A stretch of 64,000 nucleotides of DNA from Podarcis erhardii (taxonomy: Eukaryota): NCBI GenBank assembly GCA_964252035.1, contig OZ176208.1; one strand, written 5' to 3'. A program made the translations under genes and the position numbers. The notes below the pieces were generated by a model. The model had not been told where the DNA came from. It ran no database searches and was given only the letters and a program-made list of their open reading frames with translations. Positions 10,334 to 21,742 of the stretch are shown in pieces (within the stretch, counting starts at the first letter, position 1; each line of letters opens with the position of its first letter).

Positions 10334-12613
10334 GGAATCATCATTGTGACTGTCTCTGGCATTCTTGTTGCAGAAAGAGCTCAGCAACACAACCCAGGCA
10401 TGCGTTTTCCTACCACCCTACATCTTGAAGTAAGTAAGCCAGGATCACACAGAGGCCCTGCGCTGTGGTTAATCCCACTGGATTTGCCCTAGCCTTTCAA
10501 GCCCCACTTCCTGTCTGAACCCGCCTATACGTTCTGAAGAAAAAGAAAACAGGAATTCGGTGGGCAGCCATCTTCAAAATGCCAAACATTTGCTATGCAG
10601 GTTAAACTTCAAAGGGTCTTTGTGGGTGGGGAAAGAATCCTAGTCATTCTTTGACTTCAACAGACAGTGTGTAGGGGGGTATTTTCCCTCAAATCAGGCC
10701 TGAGCTCTTAATAGAGGGGAACTCCAGCTCGCCTCAGTGATGAGAATTTGTATAATCAAATCTAAAAATCTATATGCATTTATCTCTCTCTCTCTAACTC
10801 TTGGAATCAACACAACAACATAGAGTAGCTTTGGTCACAAAGCCTCCTTGCATACATTAACATTGCCTCACAAGATTTGTGGATATGTTTTCTTTCTGAT
10901 TTCCAATGGCATAGTTTAACACAGAAGACGGATAACAAACAGACAAATTCCATTTGGCCATCTGCTCAGAGCTTCCTTTAACTGATATCTGAAGGAGGTC
11001 CCACCCGTTTCAATGCTACACTTTACTTTGAGAAAAGCTGGGCCGAGTTCACTTAATCGTTTTATATTTTCAACAACTGGAATAAAGAAATAAAATATCC
11101 CTGTGATCTCTAGAAGTACCTTTGGCAAGCAAAATGCTCTCCTCACTCTCACCCAGCAAAAGCGGTTGAAGCCGCAATCCCATTGAGCCCAACAAGACTT
11201 GATTCTGAGTAGACATATATAGCATTTCGCTATTAGATGGACTATTGCTAGAACAAGCGGGGGGGGGGGAGGCAGATAATAATGTAAGTAAAATTCATAA
11301 CCTTCTCATCTGCTTCTTCAAATAGCAAACCCATAGCTTCTCTACAGAAATATTTATTAGTCCATAGATTGTAGAAAATCCTTTGGTTACCACATTACAG
11401 TAACTCAGAACATTAAAAAATTACTTTTGGGCAGGGATCTCAATCTCTCTCATTTCACCAGAAGCTAAATTCCAATGTAACTCAAGGGAATGAAATGTGC
11501 CCAAACCAAAACCAAGGGTGTGGTATCAAGACATTTGGTTCTCTGGATAAGTTTTTGTTTCTGTCCTCCAAATATGTCAACATTGGCTGGAAGAACAAAA
11601 AAACAACAGATTGCAATCAATAGGTTGTGGAGGATCTTCTTTTGTCATAAAGAAAACTTTAATTTGGGCAATTAAACCTGTATCCTTTTTGGAGGAGTTT
11701 TTTTTTTTTACCACGATATGTTACCTTGGCTAGGATTTGAAAAAGCAGCTCCACCCCAAGTGTAAAATTCAGTTGGTTTCCTTGTGATATTTTGGGTGTG
11801 GGTGTGTCCTTGGTGCTTTTTGGGTACAGAAAAACACACCCTGTAAATGGTAAATTGCTGAAATTTGTTACCGCTGTGCAGGTAACAATGTCTTAGAAAG
11901 ACTATGCTACAGGCCTACTTATGTGTAAATTCTGCAACAAAAAGTATATGGGGTGTATTTAGAACCCCAAAGGTCTGGATTAGGTCAATAGTATGGCAGG
12001 CTTTAAAAAATGCAGATTCCCATGATATCCAAGGAAACCATGCAGGCTCTTTCCATTTGCCTGCCAGTAGCTGGGGTGGGGGCTTGCAGGCTTATTATGG
12101 GGTAGGAACTTCCCATACATGCTAATCTTTTGCAATGTCCGCATGACATTGTTAGCATCAAAATGCCAGTTTCATACTCCCACAATTTAATCTGGAGTTA
12201 TATTTTCTGGGGGAAATGGGAACAGTTAAAAACAACTGTTATCAAGAACCAGTTTATGGTATCTCAATGACCTGCTTATAATATTCAGCCCCCGGGGAGA
12301 ATCACTCTACATCCTCTGGATCATCCATCTCCTTTATTCTTGCGTCCTGAAACACAGAACATTTTCTCCTCCTGCAACAAAATATTCTTCTGTAGATAGA
12401 CTTAATCCACTCTCTCTCTCTTTCATTCTGCTGCCAAACTTGGCCCCACTACAAAACGACATCATTGCCAACAAGATTCTTTAATGGAGTGCAGAAGAGG
12501 AACCAAGACCACAACAAAGGAAGACAACAGTTGCCTCTACTTGCTTGCCTTGCCCTCCAAAGGGCATATAGGCATTGTGGAAAGCCCCCATATTACCATC
12601 CTATCTTCAGCAT

Positions 12614-12737
12614 CAGGAATGAGGAACCTGTGGACTCCGGATGTTATGGGACTACAATACTCATCATCCCTGACTGGCTGGGCTGATGGGAGTTGAAGTT
12701 CAACAACAGCTGGAGGGCCATAGGTTCCTCATCCCTG
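12614..12737. mobile_element. Palindromic hAT-type MITE
   Basis: TIR caggaatgaggaacct...aggttcctcatccctg; degraded 8-bp TSD ttcagcat/ctcagcac. Confidence 0.8.
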
Positions 12738-13189
12738 CTCAGCACAGAGCACCACCATCAATAGACTTGAAGACTCAAGTTCCGTTCTGTGCAATAGCCC
12801 TGTAAGGAAAATATTCCTTACAGATACCTTCCCCCCATCCCCAAATAGAAGAATATTACCTCTGACACAAGCAGAGAGCAGGAGGGATCAAGGACCTCCC
12901 TTCTTGATGTGCTCAAAGGATGATAAGTATGTTGTCAGGCAAGCATTAGCCATGCTACATTAAAGGAGAAGGCAAAATCCCTCCAGGGTCACCAGCCAAG
13001 TGTTCTATGCACTTAATGCTTAAATAAACACCTCTCTTGAAGTTGTAAGCTAGCAGCATTCCAAGCTCTTCCAAACAAACTATAGGCAGTAAAAGAAGAA
13101 TGCGGTGCCAGCAATTCTGAGCAGCAATGTAGTATCTAGTACCAATATAGAAGAAGAGATTGCTCAGTTGCCACTGCCATGGAATAATA

Positions 13190-14460
13190 GAATAATAGAA
13201 TCTTAGAGTTGGAAGGTACCCCAGCTAGTCCAACCCCCTGCAATGCAGGAATCTCAGCCAAAGCATGCATGACAGATGTCCATCCAACCTCTGTTTAAAA
13301 ACCTCCAAGGAAGGAGAGTCTACCACTTCTCATGGGAGTCTGTTTCACTGCTGAACAGCTCTTATTGCCAGAAAGTTTTCCCCCGAATGTTTAGTCAGAA
13401 TCTCCTTTCTTGCAACTTGAAGCCATTGATTCGAGTCCTATCCTCTGGAGCAGGAGAAAACTAGCTGTTGACTCATGTTAACCTTGTGGTCCACTAAGAG
13501 CCACTAAATCCTTTTCACATGTACTACTAGTAAGCTAGGTGTCCCCCATCTTATATTCGTGCAGCTGGTTCTTCCTGCCTAAGTGCTGAACCTTACATTT
13601 GTCTTTATTGAAATTCACTTTGTTAGCTTACGCCCAGTTCTCCAATCTGGAAATGTCATTTTGAATTCTGATTCTATTTTCTGCAGAATTAGCTGCCCCT
13701 TCCAGTTTGGTGACATCTGCAAATTTGATGATCATCCCCTCAATTCCTTCATCCAAGTCATTTATAAAGATGTTGAACAACAATGGGCCCAGGACAGAAT
13801 CCTGTGGCACCCCACTTGCCACTTTCCCCCAGGATGATAAGGAACCATTAACTCTTTGTGTTCCGCCAGTCAACCAGCTACAAAACCACCTAACAGTTAG
13901 CTTGTTCAACCCACATTTTACCAGCTTCCTCATGGGAATATCATGGGGGGACTTACTGAAATCAAGATGCACTATTTCCACAGCACTTGCCTGATCCACC
14001 AAGTTTGTAATTCCATAAAAAAAGAAAAGAAAAAAGAAATCAGATTGGTCTGGCATGATTTATTTTTGAGAAACCCATACTGGATTTTAGTAATCACAGC
14101 TTCCTTTTCTAAATGCTCACAAACCAACTGTTGAAATATTTGTTCTATGGCCTTCCCTGGTATCACTGTCAAGCTCACCAGTCAGTAGTTACCTGGGTAA
14201 CTACCCCCTTTTTGAAGATGAGGACAACGTTTGCCTGCCTCCAGTCTATAGGGACCTCACCTGTTCTCCTCTCCAAGAATTCTCAAAGATAATAGACAAA
14301 GGCTCTGAAATTGCATTTGCAAGCTCCTTTAGTATCCTTGAATGCAGCTCATCAGGTCCTGGAGATCTGATTTCATTTAAAGTAGCTAGGTGTTCCCTTA
14401 CTACCTCTTTTCCTATCTTGGGCTGCAGCTCCCTCCTTACATCATTTATTCTGTTATCAC
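13190..14460 (-). mobile_element. 5'-truncated CR1 LINE (~1.27 kb) with decayed RT
   Basis: Minus-strand peptides KIGKEVVREHLATLNEIRSPGPDELHSRILKELA, LDFSK, SGVPQDSVLGPLLFNIFINDLDEG..KFADVTKL are CR1 RT motifs; CR1 3' UTR and (ATTCT)-like tail at ~13190; frameshifts present. Confidence 0.95.
13628..14056 (-). pseudogene. CR1 ORF2 reverse transcriptase fragment
   Basis: ORF track peptide contains GVPQ(G/D)SVLGPLLFNIFINDL and FAD(D/V)TKL. Confidence 0.9.
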
Positions 14461-16100
14461 CCACAAAATTACAGAATAGTAGCAACCTAACTCACAGGGC
14501 TAAGAACACAATTTTCAGTGTAACGTAATTGTTAAAATAATCAGATAGATCTCCTGATGCATAATAAGATCCACTTGGGAGAGCTCAGAAAATAGCAGTG
14601 CATGGCAGAAAACAGTAAGAAGAAGGAGGCAGTGACTAACATTATCAGTTGGCAATCACTGGCATCATTTCCTCTTGGTATATAATCCCTCTTTGCAAAT
14701 GGTTAAATTCTTTGCCACAGTGACTCCATAGTGCAGCTTTCCTCAAGACTAAGAAATCGTTTTCCGTTCCACCTTGTATTCAATGCATGCAACACTGTTT
14801 ATTTTCTGCTGCAGTTCGTCTTCCACCAAGAACTCTATTGTTCTTCTTGTCCACTGTGGCAAAATTACACAACTTGCACAATTACTTAAGGTATATCACC
14901 ATTATGCTATTCTTCCCCTTTCATTTCAGTGCAAAGGAAATGCAGTGCAAATTGGTGGGGGGCATAATCAATGACATATCATTTGTGGACTGAAAGCAAT
15001 AATAGGAAATACTGACTGTATTAGCTGGATTCATTTCCATTCCTAATATGGGACGAATAAGCAAACATTCACAATTTCTGCTCCCATTTCTGTCTTTGCT
15101 GGAATTCTGTGACATTCCTAATTATAACCTTGACTACAGAAGTATTGTGGCTCAGTCTCCCCCATTTTATTTGCTGATTCAGAGGCTCTAAGTAGAAAAT
15201 ACTTTTTATTTTCCCCCTCCTCTGCTTTTCAAAATATTTTCACTTTCCTTCTTCTAAAATCCTATATGCTTTGCCTGTCCTAGAATTGCCAGTTTCTTTC
15301 ATCCATCCTCTCTGCTCACATTACATCCACTTTTCCTTCCTATGGCAGCTTCACTCTCTTCTTCTCTATTTATGCTTTTTTAAAACTACTTATGGAGCTG
15401 CTATTGTTCAACCTAAATGCTATTGCATGGCCAGTGGGTGGACTGTAGTGATGAGGCCCATGTGAAGGTGGACTGGAAGTGAGGCCCACCCCAAACTTTG
15501 AGAAACAGTGCTCTAACCATTTTGGAAAAGTGATACATCATCTCTATCACTCCACCATTATTTGCTGATCCTGATTCAAAATATATATTCAGAATGAAAA
15601 TTGCTGATTGGTTCCCTAGTGAGTTAACATTCTTAAGGTGCAATCCTAAACATGCTAATTCCCACTGAAAATAGGATATTTATGACTACATAAACATATA
15701 TATAAATGCAGTGCTTATTTCCATTTTTGGGACTCCCTGCCACAGGAACCCCACCCCCAATCCTTCTACTTCCTTAAAGCCACTTTCTCCTGAAGTGAGT
15801 CATTAGATGTGTATGGATTTGGGTCAGGATTCAAGACAGCAAGGGCATGGGTTTAGTTTCTTCAAGATATGCATGGAATAAACATCTTGGTGTGGAGGGA
15901 TGGAAGAAGGTAAACTGCTACTTCTTATTGCCTAATATGTGTTATGAATGAGATTTGCACCCATTGCCCGTGCAACATTCTCTATGCACAACCTCACAGA
16001 ACAGCTGTTCTGTGAGCCATTCTGCACAGATTACAAAATTATGCATACGATAATGCAAATATTGTTAAACAAGCACACACCCACACCCACAGCTGTACAA

Positions 16101-16488
16101 NNNNNNNNNNNNNNNNNNNNNNNNNNNNNNNNNNNNNNNNNNNNNNNNNNNNNNNNNNNNNNNNNNNNNNNNNNNNNNNNNNNNNNNNNNNNNNNNNNNN
16201 NNNNNNNNNNNNNNNNNNNNNNNNNNNNNNNNNNNNNNNNNNNNNNNNNNNNNNNNNNNNNNNNNNNNNNNNNNNNNNNNNNNNNNNNNNNNNNNNNNNN
16301 NNNNNNNNNNNNNNNNNNNNNNNNNNNNNNNNNNNNNNNNNNNNNNNNNNNNNNNNNNNNNNNNNNNNNNNNNNNNNNNNNNNNNNNNNNNNNNNNNNNN
16401 NNNNNNNNNNNNNNNNNNNNNNNNNNNNNNNNNNNNNNNNNNNNNNNNNNNNNNNNNNNNNNNNNNNNNNNNNNNNNNNNNNNNNNNN
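16101..16488. other. Assembly gap (388 N)
   Basis: Run of N. Confidence 1.
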
Positions 16489-16849
16489 CAGTTGCTACAC
16501 AGTAACCTTTCTCATGTCAATATGGCTGAAGACCATCATATACATCAGATGTTAATACAATCACATAATCTCATCACCAAAGCTGGCGTCTTCTGCTTAT
16601 CTTTAAGCATGGCATAATTGTTCTGAGAACATAATAAACATGTGCCAGAAAACATATGCTTTATTACCTATTTGTATACCATGCAAGGGATTGTAAGACC
16701 ATTCCTTCTCAAGCGATGCCTCATATATGCAATATTAAAATCACGCCCCTGCCCCAAGACCTGAGACATCTGTTTCATTCTACAAACGGGACTTTAGAAT
16801 TTATACAAGTTAATACACTTTAAGAGGTTAATTTGCCGATAAGATTTTG

Positions 16850-17200
16850 TCCTTCCATTTGGGTTGATACGAGATGCTACACATCAGCACTGGAAACAAT
16901 TTCCTACTGCATTGCATCGCACAATTGCCACCAATTGCTGCCTCTCCGCCCCTCCCCACACCCTATGCTATTTAAAATGCCCATATTAATGATAAGACTG
17001 CTCTGTCTGTCTTTCACACAACAGAATGAGATATTAGAACCCGAACGAGGAAGCGAGCTGTCCCAGAGGCTAATAATGTTGTCCTGTTCCACTGCTAAAT
17101 TATTCATATTTATTTTATTGCGCACTCTTATTAATCTTTGCTAATTCTCTGATTAATTATGAGACAATGTCAATGAGAGAATATGAAAAAAGAAACAAAG
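16850..17200. promoter_or_regulatory. Candidate conserved non-coding element (enhancer-like)
   Basis: Repeat-free, retains several CpGs, dense TAAT/ATTA and CAAT/ATTG (homeodomain/Sox-like) cores. Conservation not verified. Confidence 0.3.
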
Positions 17201-19477
17201 AAAATGAAGCATGTAAATGAATATTTTGCATGCTTTTCATTTGAGCTCTTTATCACAAAGCAGACTCTTCTCTCCACCTTTTTGTAAACACACACACACA
17301 CAAACCTACAACAACCTATCCTTCCAATTTTGAGGATGGTTCTGAACCTTGAAAAACGATTCCTTGTTTTGACTACCTGAATGTCCTTGCTACAGGTAGC
17401 ACTTAGTTTTAATTAGGTTTTATCCGTAGGCTGGAGTATCTAGTTTGCCAAGGAAATGTACTGCTTTTGTTAAGTTCTGTAGCGTCAGTGGAAAAAGACT
17501 GGTGTAAACATCTGACTACAATAGAACTCCTTTTTATAAAGGCAACTTGCCATTTCCCCCCTGCCTGGATGCAATTTCATGCCATGAGCTGTACATTAAT
17601 GATGATCAAATGCAATCTTGGTCATATTCAGAAGCTCTTAGGATTTTACATTATACAGGGTAGCAGGAACTTCAGTTTACTCATTTGTGGATGCAGACAC
17701 ACAGCCTCAACAACGTGGCTACAGCTAGCCACCAAAATGCAGCTTAATCCATGATGTCATTTATAAAACATAAAGAAGAGGCCAACGTTATATTGCCAAT
17801 GGTGGCCAAGCCAATGCTCCTGGGGATCCCACAACAAGGGTGTGAGGGCAAAGTATATGTACGCGGACCAACTAAACCATTTCAAACTTATTAGCCCAGT
17901 TGGCTAATATTAGTCCATTGGCAAGATAACCATTACGTACCCACAATTTCAACTAATTTCAATGGGACTTATATGTATGTAATTTTCTGCTGGATCTCAG
18001 CTATAGAAATAATGGCTGCAGAATTCCACCAAGAACCAGATTCTCTCTCAGTCTTTGTGTAACTTGTTCCCAAACAGATGTATGGGGAATCACATCCAAC
18101 TGCAATAACAGTTTAGTGCAAGGCACACCACCACCTTTCTATTTTCCACAAGCCAAATGCCCTTACAAATAAACTGTAAATTCACTGCAAATGAATAGGT
18201 AATATATCAACAAAAATGTGTTGCATCTAGGAAAACATCCTTGGCAAACAAAGCTAGTGTCACAGAGCAGTTAAGACACAGCATAAATGGTAAACCAGCA
18301 TATTCACTGTGCATTTTTAATTCAGCCAAAGCCTTGCTGATAACTTACTTTAGGCAAACTACTATCTCTGATTTCTAATTTGGGAATAATAATGCTGGCA
18401 TATATTACAGAGTTGCTGGAAAGATTTCTGAGTTGTGTACAGGATGTACCTAGAGCAATAAAATAAAATAAATGCTTCATCCTGTGAGGAAGACAGAGTC
18501 TTGCTTTTTGCATATGAGAGCTGTATTTTCAGTGAATAGGTGGTGAATAGAGTACAGATATTAGTTTCATTTGCAAATAGTGTGCATGATCCAGTTACCA
18601 TCATGGGCTTTGAATGACGAGTGAAAAGCACAATTAATTTGGGCTGGATTATGCCTGTTGTGATTAGCCTTATGCAAAACCTGGAAATGATGTTGCAAAT
18701 GCTAGTTTAGCTGCACGCAAACAAGCCCTTGCAAAGCTGAGTTATGTTTCCCATGAAAGCAAATAGGTAATATTTAGCATGCTCCTTTTAAGGCACAATG
18801 CTTTCACTTAACAATAACTCCTTTCTTCAGAAACACTTCAGAACAGATGCCACTCAGAAACAGATTGTGCGGCTTGTGGCTTGAATAACGTAGCAACAAT
18901 TCAGATGTTAAGAAACTCTGACTTTGACCTTCCATCAGTCCTTTGTACACCCCATAACCACTTTTACCTGCACAAAATACAGGTCTCGTTTTGCCTTTTC
19001 ATTAGTTTCAGAACAGATCAAGGCTATTTGTGCAAAGCCACCCTCCCTTACCTGGAGCTGATGCTCCCCCCCCCCCCACCAGAATTGTTTGCTCTTAAAA
19101 TCAATGTGAGGAATGAGACGGGGATAGCAAAGAAGAAGAATTTGGTAGCTTGCTTGCTTCTGCATAAAAGACAGCAATTTCTATGTGGAACAAGAACACC
19201 AACTCCTGCCCATTAGGCATTGCTGGCATAAAAATAAAAATAGTGATAGCTATTCCCAGAACACAGCAAACAGATACTGTGAGCAAAGGCCAATTATTGC
19301 AGCCTTTGCTTCAACCAAATCATTACATCAATTAGCAGGACAGGCTTGGATGCCCAAGTAAGGGCAGCGTGACTTGACTGCGTATTGCATTTCTTTGTCA
19401 GCCTTGTGTGCAATAGGATTTCTTAGAAAGACAACTAGGACTCATTTCCACTTTGTTGCCTGTATACATAGACAAAA

Positions 19478-19667
19478 ATAGGAGCATAGGAAGCAGTCTT
19501 ATAGCGACAGGCCATTGGTGCATTTAGCTCAGTATTGTCTTCATTGATTGGCAGTGGCTCTTCAGGATTTTAGATGGGGAATCTCCTTGTCATACCTGGA
19601 GAGGCTGGGGATTGAAACTGGGATGTTCTGCATGCAAAACAGATGCTCTACCACTGAACTACAGTCC
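19478..19667 (-). mobile_element. Squam3-like tRNA/CORE SINE
   Basis: Reverse complement: gtagttcagtggtagagcatctgttttgcatgcagaacatcccagtttcaatccccagc...caatactgagctaaatgcaccaatggcc...taagactgcttcctatgctcct, a tRNA head plus the Squam3-type body and tail. Confidence 0.75.
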
Positions 19668-19795
19668 ACAGTATTTAGTGTTTGAATTTATTATTCAGAT
19701 AGTACCGTCAATATACATGACAGGTTATGTTAGACAACATCCCTACCTCCCCCCCCCCCATGCAGGACCCTGCCACTGAGGAACTTAAATTCTGT

Positions 19796-19797
<2 letters not shown>

Positions 19798-19848
<51 letters not shown>

Positions 19849-19872
19849 GCTGCTGCTGTTGTTGTTGTTGTT
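19798..19872. repeat. (GTT)n microsatellite with (GCT) interruption
   Basis: Direct reading. Confidence 0.95.
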
Positions 19873-20724
19873 ACTACACACCCGTCACTAGCAGGTCCTG
19901 GGGAGGGGAAGGAACGGAATAAAATCACCCCCCCTTTCTGAGTGCTCCTCCCCCCCCCCCAAGGCTTTTAACTCATTTTGATGTATAAATGGCAGCCTTG
20001 TCTCCAAGTCAGTGAATCCACGGAATCTGAAATCTCTTACTAAACAGCCATCTGTCTCAGTCTGACCCTTTTGTTAAAAAGAGCCCTGGTACAAGCCACT
20101 GCAAGCTGCACAAAACCCACATGATGACCAGACCCCCTTTCCCCCAAGTCAGGAAGGCTCCCGGTACCCAAACCTCACCAAAGTCCCGGCAACACAAAAG
20201 TGATGCAATAAACCTCTCTAACAGTAGCTGATTTGTATGCAACAGTGGCAGCAAGGGTAACTCTTCGGCAAACCTGAATCTCATATATAATGCATAGCAG
20301 TTAATAAATCATAGACAAATCAGGTGGCTTAGGGCCAACAATACCCAAATAGTAATGGAGAGAGGGGAAAGATTTATAGAGAGGCAGACTCTGTCTGGAT
20401 TTTGCTTTAAAGAGGCTTGCAACAGTGGACTGGAAGACCTTACTGTGGTTTTGCTCTGGACATCTGTGTCCTGCTGACTCATTCCATCCCTTTCCTCTTT
20501 TATACTCTCTCACTTACCTCCACAATGTGCGGCCTCTTTTCCATCAGAAATCATCTCCAGTGACCTTCCTGTGCTCTTGTCTTGCAAATGCAGAAGAAAA
20601 GCCAGTGAGAGGGTTGGGAGATTATCTCCAGGAATGTCTCACAGCCACATCTGTAACTAGGAAGCCAAATCTCTAGATTGTTGCACAGTATATACACAAT
20701 AAGGAATCAGCAACTTATCTCAAC

Positions 20725-20757
<33 letters not shown>
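20725..20757. repeat. Compound (GT)n(GA)n microsatellite
   Basis: Direct reading. Confidence 0.95.
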
Positions 20758-21631
20758 TTTGTGTTTCTCTCCATGTCCAAATTAGTTTAAGCATCCTTCC
20801 TTTCACTGACTCAAAATCTTTGCTGACCAGCTGAGAAATTATTTTACCTCTATGCTCACAGAGGAACAGATTTCAGTTTTATTTTGTGCACTAAGACCCA
20901 AATCCTCCTTGTGGTTCTCATAAAGAGAACTGCCTAAAAAGGATATTAGGATTTATTTATTTTTTAATGTGGATCTAAAAGGAGAACATTGAACTGAAAC
21001 TATGCACACTTGGGAGAGTGTTTCTGGCATAAATGTGACTCAGAAAATGTGTCAGGTTATAATTAAGAGGAACTAATACTTTTCTATAAGCATGTCCTCT
21101 GAATGTTTTCAGTGCTGAATAATGTTTGTTTAGGCTAAACAAATTAGTTTTGATATATACACAAATTGAGCTACAAAACTGAAAGAATTTATTGTTGCAC
21201 CAATAAGTTGGCAATATCAATTTCATTCAAATTATGCAATAAAATACTATTCATTGTTTCATATCATCTTTGTGATCAGAGCTTTCAGAAATGACCATAG
21301 TTTTGACCAACACTGTAATAGTCCTGCAAAAAACTCCAGATTTTTTTTTTTAAAAATAAAAAACCCTACAGGATTTTGGTAAGGATTATTGCACATAACA
21401 ATGCATATGAAGAGTCGGGAAAGCACCAAAAGACTTTATAAAAGTTAAGGGTATAATCCAATATATGCTTACAAGGGAGTAAATGTTAGTGAGACATACC
21501 ATGAAGCAAATATACATTAGATTTGGCTGCAAATATGATTGCAATTGTTGTTTTTGCCATTATTAATAATAGCAATATTCCAATAATCCAAAAAGCCAGC
21601 CCTTCTCTTTTTTATTTCTTATAAATACAAA

Positions 21632-21742
21632 GAGTGATATCTAATGTTAGTTATACTCAGAGTATATCCATTGAGATCAATGAACTTAGGTTCACTGATT
21701 TTAATGGCTCTACAGTGAATAGGATTTAGTTGGGTATCACTC
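21632..21742. mobile_element. Short palindromic MITE (PIF/Harbinger, Chompy-like)
   Basis: Ends gagtgata...tatcactc, central ccattgagatcaatg palindrome, 3-bp flanks aaa/aaa; related copy at 41640-41758. Confidence 0.6.

Noticed and set aside
15948-16505. 185-aa ORF
   Set aside because: Mostly X from the second assembly gap.
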